Translations under genes and position numbers: made by a program
Origin: a virus
Lineage: Duplodnaviria; Heunggongvirae; Uroviricota; Caudoviricetes
DNA length: 41,266 nt
Virus record (IMG/VR): IMGVR_UViG_2534681675_000019
Strand: one strand, 5' to 3'
Shown here: in pieces, positions 17,581-27,349 of the stretch
How the letters are laid out: the number at the start of each line of letters is the position of its first letter
Numbering within the stretch: the stretch's first letter is position 1
The notes under the pieces: model-generated
What the model saw: only the letters and a program-made list of their open reading frames with translations
What the model was told of the DNA's origin: nothing
Database searches by the model: none

Positions 17581-17873
17581 CAGATTACGAAGACGATCAA
17601 CTGAAAGAAGAAAACGCCCGTAAGCAACGTGACATGGCACAGCGTGAAATTGATGACATTCGCTTTGTCATGAGCAGTGAACATGGGCGTCGCGTTGTCT
17701 GGTCGGTGCTGGAGAAAGGCCGTGTGTTTTCCGCTATCTCACCGATGGACGCTATGGCAATGGCATTTAATGAGGGGCAACGCAATCTGGCGCTGGAACT
17801 GTTTCAGCGCGTTATGGCGCATTGCCCTGAACAGTATTTGAAGATGGCCAAAGAGGCCAGTGAACAGGAGTGA
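17577..17873 (+). CDS. Hypothetical head-assembly protein
   Basis: 98 aa, translationally coupled between portal and scaffold. Confidence 0.45.
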   Translation: MTDYEDDQLKEENARKQRDMAQREIDDIRFVMSSEHGRRVVWSVLEKGRVFSAISPMDAMAMAFNEGQRNLALELFQRVMAHCPEQYLKMAKEASEQE

Positions 17874-18571
17874 TCATGAATTTATTTGAGCGTTTGCTGT
17901 ATAGCCGTCTTTGCAATGAGCAACCAGTCGATGGTGGAGCAGCTCCGGCTGCGTCAGAACCGTCAGCGCCTGCAGGTGATAACCCTGCTCCAGTTGGTGA
18001 TCCATCACAACAGGAAGGTGATAAGCCACAACCTGTTGCTGATGGCGATAAACCTGCTGATGACAAAAAGCCTGAAAACGATAAGCAGGATGAAAAAAAG
18101 GACGGCGATAAACCAGAGGGTGCGCCTGAGAAGTACGAGTTTCAGGCTGCCGAAGGCGTAGAGCTGGATACAGAAGCGTTGAAGGAATTCGAGCCGGTGG
18201 CGCGAGAACTTAACCTGACCAACGAGCAAGCGCAAAAGCTGGTTGATGCTTATCCGAAGATTCTGGCAGGTGTTCAGCAGCGCCAGGCAGAAGCCTGGCA
18301 GAAAACAACCGAGCAGTGGGCTGAGGATGTAAAAGCTGACAAAGAAATCGGTGGCGACAAGTTGATTTCTAACCTTAGCGCCGCACAGCGTGCGCTTGAC
18401 CAGTTCGGGACACCTGAACTCAAAGAATATCTGAACACCACCGGGCTGGGTAATCACCCTGATCTGGTCAAAACGTTCGTGAAAATCGGAAAGGCGATGT
18501 CTGAAGATGGCATGGTCACCGGTGGTAATGAAGGCCAGCGTAGTGCGGCCGAAGTGCTCTATGGCAAATAA
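17870..18571 (+). CDS. Scaffolding protein
   Basis: 233 aa, highly acidic, Pro/Ala/Glu/Lys-rich; immediately upstream of the major capsid gene. Confidence 0.6.
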   Translation: MIMNLFERLLYSRLCNEQPVDGGAAPAASEPSAPAGDNPAPVGDPSQQEGDKPQPVADGDKPADDKKPENDKQDEKKDGDKPEGAPEKYEFQAAEGVELDTEALKEFEPVARELNLTNEQAQKLVDAYPKILAGVQQRQAEAWQKTTEQWAEDVKADKEIGGDKLISNLSAAQRALDQFGTPELKEYLNTTGLGNHPDLVKTFVKIGKAMSEDGMVTGGNEGQRSAAEVLYGK

Positions 18572-18579
18572 GAGAGGAA

Positions 18580-19572
18580 ATGACAATGTCTGTTAAAGGC
18601 TTAACTGCGCTAACGCTGGCTGACTGGGGTAAGCGCGTCGATCCAAACGGGAAAGTCGATAAGATTATCGAGCTTCTCGGTCAAACTAACCCGATCCTTC
18701 AGGATATGCCTTTTGTCGAAGGGAACCTTCCTACCGGACACCGAACCACCATTCGTTCTGGTTTACCTTCAGCTACCTGGCGTTTGCTGAACTATGGCGT
18801 ACAGCCAAGCAAATCAACCACAGTGCAGGTAACCGATTCCGTGGGCATGCTGGAAACCTATGCTGAAGTCGATAAGTCACTGGCTGATCTGAACGGCAAT
18901 ACCGCCGAATTCCGCCTGTCTGAAGACCGCGCATTTATTGAAGCGATGAATCAGCAGATGGCGCAGACGCTGTTTTATGGTGATTCCAGCGTTAACCCTC
19001 AGCAGTTTATGGGACTGTCCTCCCGCTATTCCAGCCTGTCTGCGGGTAATGCTCAGAACATCATTGATGCTGGTGGCACGGGTACAGATAACACCTCAAT
19101 CTGGTTAGTGGTGTGGGGCGAAAACACCGTGCATGGCATCTTCCCGAAAGGGCAGAAGGCTGGCATCCAGATGGAAGATAAAGGCCAGGTGACACTGGAA
19201 GATGCTAATGGCGGCAAGTACGAAGGCTATCGCACCCATTATAAATGGGATAACGGACTTGCTCTGCGTGACTGGCGTTATGTTGTTCGCATTGCAAACA
19301 TCGATGTCAGCAATCTTTCAGAACCTTCCTCTGCCGCAAATATTGCTAAGTTGATGGTTAAAGCACTGCATCGCATTCCAAACCGTGGCATGGGCCGCCC
19401 GGTGTTCTACATGAACCGCACTGTAGGCCAGGCTCTTGATCTGCAATCTCTGGAGAAAACATCTCTGGCTATCAGCGTAAAAGAGACTGAAGGCGAGTGG
19501 TGGACTTCATTCCGTGGTGTACCAATCCGTGAAACTGATGCGCTTCTGGAAACAGAAGCCCGCGTGGTGTAA
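18580..19572 (+). CDS. Major capsid protein
   Basis: 330 aa following the scaffold (alternative start ATG 18586); followed by small head genes and a terminator. Confidence 0.7.
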   Translation: MTMSVKGLTALTLADWGKRVDPNGKVDKIIELLGQTNPILQDMPFVEGNLPTGHRTTIRSGLPSATWRLLNYGVQPSKSTTVQVTDSVGMLETYAEVDKSLADLNGNTAEFRLSEDRAFIEAMNQQMAQTLFYGDSSVNPQQFMGLSSRYSSLSAGNAQNIIDAGGTGTDNTSIWLVVWGENTVHGIFPKGQKAGIQMEDKGQVTLEDANGGKYEGYRTHYKWDNGLALRDWRYVVRIANIDVSNLSEPSSAANIAKLMVKALHRIPNRGMGRPVFYMNRTVGQALDLQSLEKTSLAISVKETEGEWWTSFRGVPIRETDALLETEARVV

Positions 19573-19623
19573 CGCCTGTTATTAACCTGTGGGCCGCAAC
19601 AGGCACACTAATGGAGAAAGAAG

Positions 19624-20061
19624 ATGATCACCGACAAACTGTTGATGTTCTCCGAAGCACAGGCGGTAACTGATACCGCGGCTTCAACTGACGTAATCGA
19701 TCTCGGTCCAATTGACGGAAACCGTCGCGATATCGGTGTAGGTTACCCGCTTGAGTTTTGGGTGCTGGTTAACGAAGCCGCCACGGCAAGTGGTGAGGCA
19801 ACTGTAAACATCCAGTTGCAGACGAGTGAGAATAACAGCTCATGGTCCACTATTTATGATAGTGGCGCACTGGCAAAGGCTACCCTGACAGCAGGTAAAC
19901 GAGTTGTTTCTGCAAAGGTGCCTGCCGGTGTTCAGCGATATCTGCGTGTTAACTACTCCGTCGCAACTGGCCCACTAACGGCCGGCAAATTCACTGCGAG
20001 TATTAGTCTGGATGTTGATGCCAATACACCGTACCCGATCCGCTCAAAAGTAACTGGTTAA
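19624..20061 (+). CDS. Virion protein, possible capsid decoration
   Basis: 145 aa, GGAGAAAG Shine-Dalgarno, directly after the capsid gene. Confidence 0.4.
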   Translation: MITDKLLMFSEAQAVTDTAASTDVIDLGPIDGNRRDIGVGYPLEFWVLVNEAATASGEATVNIQLQTSENNSSWSTIYDSGALAKATLTAGKRVVSAKVPAGVQRYLRVNYSVATGPLTAGKFTASISLDVDANTPYPIRSKVTG

Positions 20062-20071
20062 GGTGATTTCG

Positions 20072-20407
20072 ATGTCAGGTGAGAAACCAAGATACCGCGT
20101 TCTGCGCCTCTCTCATATCCATAACACACTGTGGCCGGAGGGGGCAGAAATCGAATACGAAGGTGAGCCTGGTAGCGCACTGGAACCTGTTAACGATGCA
20201 GCCAGACAGGCAAAAGCAAAGGTAGTAGGAAAGGTGACTATGGCAGCAACCAGCACCAAAATCATCAACGATGTGTCAGATGATGGTGAACTGGATAAGC
20301 TCCGTGAAGAGTACGAATTGCTCTTTAACGAGAAGCCACACCATAACGCCAAAGCCGAAACGCTCCGCGAGAAGATCGCAGATAAGCGTAAAGAACTGGG
20401 CGTGTAA
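20072..20407 (+). CDS. Hypothetical virion protein
   Basis: 111 aa from ATG 20072 (AAGGTGA upstream). Confidence 0.4.
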   Translation: MSGEKPRYRVLRLSHIHNTLWPEGAEIEYEGEPGSALEPVNDAARQAKAKVVGKVTMAATSTKIINDVSDDGELDKLREEYELLFNEKPHHNAKAETLREKIADKRKELGV

Positions 20408-20423
20408 GCCTCGCGAATCAGAC

Positions 20424-20446
20424 AAGGGGCTTCGGCCCCTTTATTG
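20424..20446 (+). terminator. Intrinsic terminator after the head gene block
   Basis: Stem AGGGGC/GCCCCT with loop TTCG, followed by TTATT. Confidence 0.6.
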
Positions 20447-20457
20447 CAGGAGTGTAT

Positions 20458-20781
20458 ATGGAACTCGTAAACCTCAAAACCGGCACTGACAGCTACCAGG
20501 ATGAGAGCGGAGAAACCAGAACTCGCGATGAATACCCGTGGGGGCTGTGCATCACTCTTAATAACGACACATTGAATAAGCTGAAGGCACAACCTCAGGG
20601 CGTCGGAACAGAAGTGATGATAACTGCAAAGGCTGTTATTCGAGGCCTGTCTGCCAGAGAAACTGACGATGGTGTTAATCGCAGCGCCGATCTGCAGATC
20701 ACTGATATGGCGATCGCTCCTGTTTCCGGGGATGTAGAAAAATCAGCGGCTGAAACTCTGTACGGTAACGGAGGTGAGTGA
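20458..20781 (+). CDS. Virion structural protein
   Basis: 107 aa from ATG 20458 (GCAGGAG upstream). Confidence 0.4.
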   Translation: MELVNLKTGTDSYQDESGETRTRDEYPWGLCITLNNDTLNKLKAQPQGVGTEVMITAKAVIRGLSARETDDGVNRSADLQITDMAIAPVSGDVEKSAAETLYGNGGE

Positions 20782-21386
20782 TGGCCTCTGTAGTAGAGAT
20801 CTGTAATCGTGCGCTGTCCAATATTGGCAATAGCCGCAGCATTAACAGCCTGACGGAAGCCAGCAAGGAAGCGGGGGAATGTTCGCTGCACTTTGAGGCC
20901 TGCCGTGATGCTGTGCTTTCTGATTTTGACTGGAACTTTGCTACCAAACGCGTGGCGCTTGCAGATACGAGCAATCCACCGCCTGACTGGGAATATGCGT
21001 ACCAGTACCCGTCCGATTGTCTGCGCATTACTGAAATTATGCTTCCTGGTGTACGCAATCCAACAGCAGCAATGCGCGTTCAGTACGAAGTTGGTGCAGA
21101 CACCGACGGAACAGGAAAGTTGATCTACACAGACCAGCCGCAGGCATGGCTCAAGTATGTCTCTCGCGTTTCAGATGTGAACATGTTTGATGCCATTTTT
21201 ATGGAGGCGTTGGCCTGGCGTCTTGCGGCAGCCATTAACATGGCGCTGACTGGGAATGCGGATCTCGGTACATTTGCTCTCAATATGTACAATCGCGTGA
21301 TTCTTAGTGCTGGCTCGCATAGCCAGAATGAATCACAGGAACCACAGCCACCGGTTGACGAGTTTACCATTGCGAGGTTGTCCTGA
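20778..21386 (+). CDS. Tail tubular protein A-like (T7 gp11 position)
   Basis: 202 aa, coupled to a following ~800-aa protein, mirroring the T7 gp11/gp12 size pair; assignment by synteny. Confidence 0.4.
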   Translation: MMASVVEICNRALSNIGNSRSINSLTEASKEAGECSLHFEACRDAVLSDFDWNFATKRVALADTSNPPPDWEYAYQYPSDCLRITEIMLPGVRNPTAAMRVQYEVGADTDGTGKLIYTDQPQAWLKYVSRVSDVNMFDAIFMEALAWRLAAAINMALTGNADLGTFALNMYNRVILSAGSHSQNESQEPQPPVDEFTIARLS

Positions 21387-23827
21387 TGGCTATCAGTTGG
21401 ATCCAGCCCAGCTTTGCCGGTGGTGAGATTGGACCGTCGTTGTACGGTCGTATCGACATGGCGAAGTACCAGGTGGCATTGCGCAAGTGCGATAACTTTA
21501 TCGTGCGGCAGTATGGCGGCGTTGAGAATCGACCTGGTACGCGTTTTGTCGGTGCCGCCAAATACCCAAATCGGAAATGCCGCCTGATCCCGTTCCAGTT
21601 CTCGACGGTTCAGACCTACGCTCTGGAGTTCGGACACCAGTACATGCGCGTTATCAAAGATGGTGCGTTGGTGCTGAACAGCAGCAATGTTATTTATGAA
21701 ATTGCCACGCCATATACTGAAGCCGATCTGTTCCGAATTAAATTCACGCAAAGCGCCGACGTGCTTACGCTGGTTCATCCGGCATACCCGCCGAAAGAGC
21801 TGCGCCGCTATGCGCATGACAACTGGCAACTGGTTGATGTGGTAACGAAGAACGGGCCATTTGAAGATATCAATATTGATGAGTCAGTGACGGTTTATGC
21901 CAGCGCCAGCACCGGGACAATTACGTTAACGGCAAGCGCCTCTATTTTTGGCGCGGAGCAGGTAGGCAAATTGTTCTATCTGGAACAGCCTGCAGTGGAT
22001 TCAGTACCGGTATGGGAAACCAGTAAGAGTACGTCGATTGGCGATATTCGCCGTGCAGACAGTAACTACTATCGCGCCGTTACAGCAGGCAAAACAGGTA
22101 CTTTGCGCCCTTCGCATACAGAAGGCACATCATGGGATGGCTGGGGCGGATCCGGTGATGATGATACTGGCATTGAGTGGGAGTATCTGCACAGTGGTTT
22201 TGGCATTGCCCGTATCACTGCTGCAAATGGCACTACTGCAACTGCTGAGGTGATTTCCTATATCCCTTCGCAGGTCGTTGGCGAGGATAATGCCAGCTAT
22301 AAATGGGCTAAATATGCCTGGAACAGTGTTAATGGTTATCCTGGCACTGTTGTTTATTATCAACAGCGTCTTTACTTCGCCGCATCGACTGCGTTCCCTC
22401 AGACTATCTGGGCCAGCCGTACTGGGGATTATAAGGATTTTGGCAAAAGCAATCCTACGCAGGATGACGATAGAATTATCTACACCTATGCCGGGCGTCA
22501 GGTTAATGAGATCCGCCACCTGATTGATGTCGGTTCGCTGGTGGCACTGACTTCCGGAGGTGAGTACGTCATCACCGGCGACCAGAACAAAGTGTTAACC
22601 CCATCATCATTTGCATTCAGCTCTCAGGGATCAAATGGCTCAAGCAACGTCCCGCCAATTGCCGTGGCGAATATTGCTCTGTTCGTCCAGGAGAAAGGCA
22701 GCGTTGTCCGTGATCTGGCCTACTCATTTGATGTTGACGGCTATCAGGGGAACGACCTGACCATCCTTGCCAATCATCTTTTTCAGAAGCACAGCATTGT
22801 TGACTGGTGCTTCTCGATTGTCCCTTACTCCAGTGCCTTTTGCATTCGTGATGACGGTAAATTACTGGTGATGACCTATTTGCGTGATCAGCAGGTTTTT
22901 GCATGGGCACCACAATCCAGTACCGGAAAATATGAAAGCACATGCAGTATCAGCGAAGGCAATGAAGATGCGGTGTATTTCGTCGTTAACCGAACCGTTA
23001 ACGGGCAAACAGTGAGATACATCGAGCGACTGTCCAGCCGTTTATTTACCAGCGATGAAGATGCTTTCTTTGTTGATTCTGGCCTTAGCTATGATGGAAG
23101 AAATACGTCTGACAGAACGATGATCATCACTGGTGGTTCTGGCGAATGGGATTACCGCGCGGAATATACAATCAGTGTTTCTGGTGGTGCGTACTTCACC
23201 AGTAGTGATGTCGGCGCGCAACTACAGTTCCCTTATACCGGAACTGAATTACGTTGCGACATCATTTCTGTAACCAGCAATACCGCTGTAGTGGTTCGTG
23301 CTAACAGGAACGTCCCGCCATCCCTCAGGAATGTGGGCACCACGAACTGGCAGATGGCGCGCCGGACATTTGGAGGCCTGTCTCATCTTGAAGGCCAGAC
23401 CGTAAACATTCTCTCTGATGCGAACGTGGAACCACAGAAAGTAGTTTCCGGAGGTGCCGTCACGCTGGAATCTCCGGGGGCTGTGGTGCACATCGGCCTG
23501 CCAATAACTGCTGAATTCGAAACACTGGATATCAACATTAACGGACAGGAAACGCTGCTGGACAAAAAACAGGTGATCCCATCCGTTACTCTGGTTGTGA
23601 ATGCCAGTCGCGGCATCTGGGCGACTACGCCTGGCGGTAAATGGTACGAATATCCACAGCGTGAATTCGAGTTCTACGATGATCCTGTTGATGATGCTAC
23701 CGGAAAAGTAGAAGTGAAACTGGACAGTAACTGGGGCAAAAACGGGCGTGTAAAAATCCGTCAGCTTGACCCGTTGCCGCTGTCTGTTCTTGCCGTTATT
23801 CCTCGCCTTACTGTTGGGGGATTCTGA
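21386..23827 (+). CDS. Tail tubular protein B-like (T7 gp12 position)
   Basis: 813 aa; size and synteny only. Confidence 0.45.
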   Translation: MAISWIQPSFAGGEIGPSLYGRIDMAKYQVALRKCDNFIVRQYGGVENRPGTRFVGAAKYPNRKCRLIPFQFSTVQTYALEFGHQYMRVIKDGALVLNSSNVIYEIATPYTEADLFRIKFTQSADVLTLVHPAYPPKELRRYAHDNWQLVDVVTKNGPFEDINIDESVTVYASASTGTITLTASASIFGAEQVGKLFYLEQPAVDSVPVWETSKSTSIGDIRRADSNYYRAVTAGKTGTLRPSHTEGTSWDGWGGSGDDDTGIEWEYLHSGFGIARITAANGTTATAEVISYIPSQVVGEDNASYKWAKYAWNSVNGYPGTVVYYQQRLYFAASTAFPQTIWASRTGDYKDFGKSNPTQDDDRIIYTYAGRQVNEIRHLIDVGSLVALTSGGEYVITGDQNKVLTPSSFAFSSQGSNGSSNVPPIAVANIALFVQEKGSVVRDLAYSFDVDGYQGNDLTILANHLFQKHSIVDWCFSIVPYSSAFCIRDDGKLLVMTYLRDQQVFAWAPQSSTGKYESTCSISEGNEDAVYFVVNRTVNGQTVRYIERLSSRLFTSDEDAFFVDSGLSYDGRNTSDRTMIITGGSGEWDYRAEYTISVSGGAYFTSSDVGAQLQFPYTGTELRCDIISVTSNTAVVVRANRNVPPSLRNVGTTNWQMARRTFGGLSHLEGQTVNILSDANVEPQKVVSGGAVTLESPGAVVHIGLPITAEFETLDININGQETLLDKKQVIPSVTLVVNASRGIWATTPGGKWYEYPQREFEFYDDPVDDATGKVEVKLDSNWGKNGRVKIRQLDPLPLSVLAVIPRLTVGGF

Positions 23828-24291
23828 TGATTGATGTTCAAATTATTCCCGCTACCGAAGAGCATCTTCAGATGATTTTGCCGGATGTTCGTCAGGCTGA
23901 TATTGACGAACTGTATGCGGTATCGCTGATGACTACCGAAGATGCGCTGCGCGTTGGTCTTCGCACTGCGACTATGGCCTGGTCAGGGTTCGCGAACGGA
24001 GAACTGGTAACCATGTTTGGTGTATCTCCGGCGTCAATGATCGGTGGCAATGGTACGCCCTGGCTGGTAGGAACCAGCCGTATTGAAAAATATCAGAAGA
24101 CATTTCTTCGCCACTGCCACCCTGTATTGCGGCAGATGCTGGCAGTTTATCCGCGCCTGGAAAACTACGTCGACGAGCGAAACCATGTTGCCAAAGCATG
24201 GCTCCACTGGCTTGGATTCAGGCTTGAAGAAGCCGCGCCTTATGGTGCTCTTGGTCTTAATTTCCACAGATTTCACATGGAGAGAAAATAA
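23827..24291 (+). CDS. Internal virion protein (small)
   Basis: 154 aa, translationally coupled in the core gene block. Confidence 0.4.
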   Translation: MIDVQIIPATEEHLQMILPDVRQADIDELYAVSLMTTEDALRVGLRTATMAWSGFANGELVTMFGVSPASMIGGNGTPWLVGTSRIEKYQKTFLRHCHPVLRQMLAVYPRLENYVDERNHVAKAWLHWLGFRLEEAAPYGALGLNFHRFHMERK

Positions 24292-24836
24292 TGTGCGATC
24301 CGGTTATTGCTGGTGGCGCAATGCTCGCCATGAGTGGCATTCAGGCATACACCCAGTACCAACAGGGAAAGTATGCCTCGAAGGTTGCAGAAGCGAACGC
24401 AGATATAGCCACAGCTCAGGCAAATGATGCAATAAACAGGGGTAACGCTGAAGCTGAGCAACGGCGCAGAGAGACCCGACAGCGGCTTGGTACACAGGCA
24501 GCGACAATGGGGGCTACCGGCGCTGATTTATCTACAGGTAACGCGCTGGATATATTTGGCGACACTGCCCAGTTTGGCGCTCTTGATTCGCTGACGACGG
24601 TGAATAACGCGCAACGCGAGGCTTACGGTTATCAGGTTCAGGCTGCCAACTATAAAGCAGAAGCCAGTTCAGCCCGTAAACAGGGGAATGTGGGAGCAGC
24701 AACAACATTGCTCACTGCGCCTCTGAAGGCATACGGTGCGTACCAGATGTTTGGTGGGACGTGGAGTCCGTTTACTCAAAGCACCCCTGCGCCAATCGGG
24801 GCAGCAGCAGGAACCAGATTACCCGGAGGATTATAA
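24291..24836 (+). CDS. Internal virion protein (small, Ala/Gln-rich)
   Basis: 181 aa, translationally coupled. Confidence 0.4.
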   Translation: MCDPVIAGGAMLAMSGIQAYTQYQQGKYASKVAEANADIATAQANDAINRGNAEAEQRRRETRQRLGTQAATMGATGADLSTGNALDIFGDTAQFGALDSLTTVNNAQREAYGYQVQAANYKAEASSARKQGNVGAATTLLTAPLKAYGAYQMFGGTWSPFTQSTPAPIGAAAGTRLPGGL

Positions 24837-27349
24837 TGCCAGTCGTACCAACAGTATCCGGACGCCAGGTTGAGAGCCGTGGAGTTCAGTCAGCAGGCTT
24901 GCAGACGTTTTCTCAGCCAGGTATTGGTGATGCTTTTGTTCGGGCAGGGACAGAGGCAATTGATGTTTTGGGGCAGGCAAAACAGCGTGCCAATATCGCT
25001 CTGGCTCAGGAGGCATCTCTTAACCTCAGTCAGATAAGCAGTGATCTGCTGAATAACCCTGAAACAGGTTTGCTTAACCTGAAAGGGAAAAATGCTATTG
25101 GAAAAGGCCATGAGTATACGCAGCAGTTTGATGCTCAGGTCGAACAACTGGCTATGTCGCTGCCGGATGAACAGGCTCGTAATGCTTTCATGCAGCAGGC
25201 GCAGCAGCAGCGCATTCAGTTCACTACGCAGGCCGGGCGGCACGAGATAGGGCAAATTAATGCCTACGAAGAAGGTCAGTTTCAGGCGACGCTGCTGAAC
25301 AATGGTAAAAATGCCGCAGCATTGTATGGCGACAATGCCGCATACGTATTGGCTAATAAGCAAACTTTCCAGCAAATTGAGGAGTACGGTGCTGCACATG
25401 GCTGGAGCGACGAGCAAATACAGGCCAAGAAAATCGAGTTTAAAGAGAAGGTTGCTGATGCAGCATTGTCCCAGTGGTCGGCAAACAATGCGACCGCATT
25501 CATCCAAAGTAATGGCGAGTTAAGTGATACTGCTGCTGGAGCTCGCCGTGCTGTAACAGATAGTGGCTCTTCCGAGCGTGTCCGTGGCATACGCAACAAT
25601 AACCCCGGAAATCTCGAATACAGCAAAACTAATCCGTGGGTAGGCCAGACCGGTGATGATGGTAGATTTGCTAAATTCGAAACACCTGAACACGGGATTC
25701 GTGCATTAGGGCGGAACCTGATGTCGTATCAGCGGCAGGGTATTGATACCGTCAGCGAGATAATTAATCGCTGGGCACCGCCTACTGATAAAAATGACAC
25801 TATGTCGTATATCAAAGCAGTGTGCGAACAACTTGGCGTTTCTGCTGATGAGCCTCTCGATGCATCAAATCCTGATACCCTGAAGGCGCTTTGTGCAGCC
25901 ATTATCCATCATGAGAACGGTAGCCAGCCATACAGTGATCAGCAGTTAACTGCTGGTGTCAGTGCAGCACTTGGTTTATCAACAATTCCAACCAACACCA
26001 AACGCTATACCGGTAATGCAGCATTCGATGCGGCATCTCCTGAGGCTCAGGCAAGTTTTATGCGGCAGGCGGATCAACTGCGTCGGCAGCAGCAGGCTGA
26101 ATATAAAACGATGATTGACAGCCAGGTTCGCGATGCGACGGCTGCGTATATGCGTGGCGTTGAATTTCCTAACCCACCTGGTGAGGCTGATTTTATTGCA
26201 GCTTATGGAGTCAGAGAAGGAAACCTGCGATATACCGAGTTTAAGAATACGCAGATCGCCGGACAGTATATAGGCTCTTTCCGCAACATGCCGACAAGCA
26301 GCATTACAGCATATGTTGAGCAATTACGCCCGGATACTGGTGAGACAGGGGAGGGTTATGCGGCTCGCGCAGCTCTTTATGACAACGTTGTTTCGGCTGC
26401 AAATCAGGTGATAAAGCAGCGGCAGTCTGATCCTGTGCAGTTCTCTCTTGCCTCTGGACAGGCAAAGCCTATCGACATGAGCAATAAGGATAACTTTGGA
26501 CAGAGCGTTGCCTTGCGTGCCGCTCAGGTCAGTGACCTTGCTAAGTCATATGGCACTCCACTGACGTTCTTTTCCAAAGACGAGGCCAATCAGATCGGTG
26601 TTTTTTTTCGTGATGCTCCAGTTTCCCAACAGGCAGCATATCTCGATACCATCAGGCAGAGCACTGGTGGTGGGCAGGTGTATATGTCAGCACTACAGCA
26701 GATCAGTGCCAACGCTCCATCTGCTGCCGTTGCCGGGATACTGATGGACAAGCCTGGTGGTATTTTGGCAGAAAAAAACTGGTTTAATCCGGATGTTTCC
26801 GTGTCTCCTGAAACCGCTGCGCAGACAATTCTTACTGGCGCGGCGGCTCGTAAAGGTACTGATGATGCGAAAGGTATTCCGATGCCTAAAGATGCTGATC
26901 TTCGCCTTGAGTTTTCTGACATGGTGAAGGATGCATTTGCTGGTGATGCTCAGGGGGCATCAATGGCATACGAGATCGCAAAGGACTATTACGCTGGTGT
27001 GATGGCGAAAAAAGGCGTGATATCAGGCGAAATTGACACTGATATCTGGAAACAGGCTGTTAACGTAGCTACAGGTGGCGTGCATGACTATAACGGAATG
27101 GGGAATGTCCTTTTGCCGTGGGGAATGTCTGCAGAGCAATTCGATAAGCAGGTTAATCAGGCTTGGAATGAACAAGTTGTCGGCTCCGGGATAAAAACAC
27201 CGCCTGGTCAGTATGGTTTGCAAAGTTACGGCGATAGTCAGTACCTGGTGAAACTTGGTACTGGTTATCTGCTGAAAGATGATGGTTCTCCCGTTGTTCT
27301 TAATCTGACACAGAAACGTCAGAGATTCTCCGGAGATATTCCGCAATGA
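24836..27349 (+). CDS. Large internal virion/ejection protein
   Basis: 837 aa from ATG 24836 (overlaps the previous stop); contains a conserved-looking block GIRNNNPGNLEYS...FAKFETPEHGIRALGRNL...RWAPP of unknown function. Confidence 0.45.
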   Translation: MPVVPTVSGRQVESRGVQSAGLQTFSQPGIGDAFVRAGTEAIDVLGQAKQRANIALAQEASLNLSQISSDLLNNPETGLLNLKGKNAIGKGHEYTQQFDAQVEQLAMSLPDEQARNAFMQQAQQQRIQFTTQAGRHEIGQINAYEEGQFQATLLNNGKNAAALYGDNAAYVLANKQTFQQIEEYGAAHGWSDEQIQAKKIEFKEKVADAALSQWSANNATAFIQSNGELSDTAAGARRAVTDSGSSERVRGIRNNNPGNLEYSKTNPWVGQTGDDGRFAKFETPEHGIRALGRNLMSYQRQGIDTVSEIINRWAPPTDKNDTMSYIKAVCEQLGVSADEPLDASNPDTLKALCAAIIHHENGSQPYSDQQLTAGVSAALGLSTIPTNTKRYTGNAAFDAASPEAQASFMRQADQLRRQQQAEYKTMIDSQVRDATAAYMRGVEFPNPPGEADFIAAYGVREGNLRYTEFKNTQIAGQYIGSFRNMPTSSITAYVEQLRPDTGETGEGYAARAALYDNVVSAANQVIKQRQSDPVQFSLASGQAKPIDMSNKDNFGQSVALRAAQVSDLAKSYGTPLTFFSKDEANQIGVFFRDAPVSQQAAYLDTIRQSTGGGQVYMSALQQISANAPSAAVAGILMDKPGGILAEKNWFNPDVSVSPETAAQTILTGAAARKGTDDAKGIPMPKDADLRLEFSDMVKDAFAGDAQGASMAYEIAKDYYAGVMAKKGVISGEIDTDIWKQAVNVATGGVHDYNGMGNVLLPWGMSAEQFDKQVNQAWNEQVVGSGIKTPPGQYGLQSYGDSQYLVKLGTGYLLKDDGSPVVLNLTQKRQRFSGDIPQ

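Noticed and set aside
19585-19602. CTGT-N8-ACAG match (CCTGTGGGCCGCAACAGG) between capsid and the next gene
   Set aside because: The spacer is GC-rich, unlike functional LexA boxes; more simply explained as a small hairpin.
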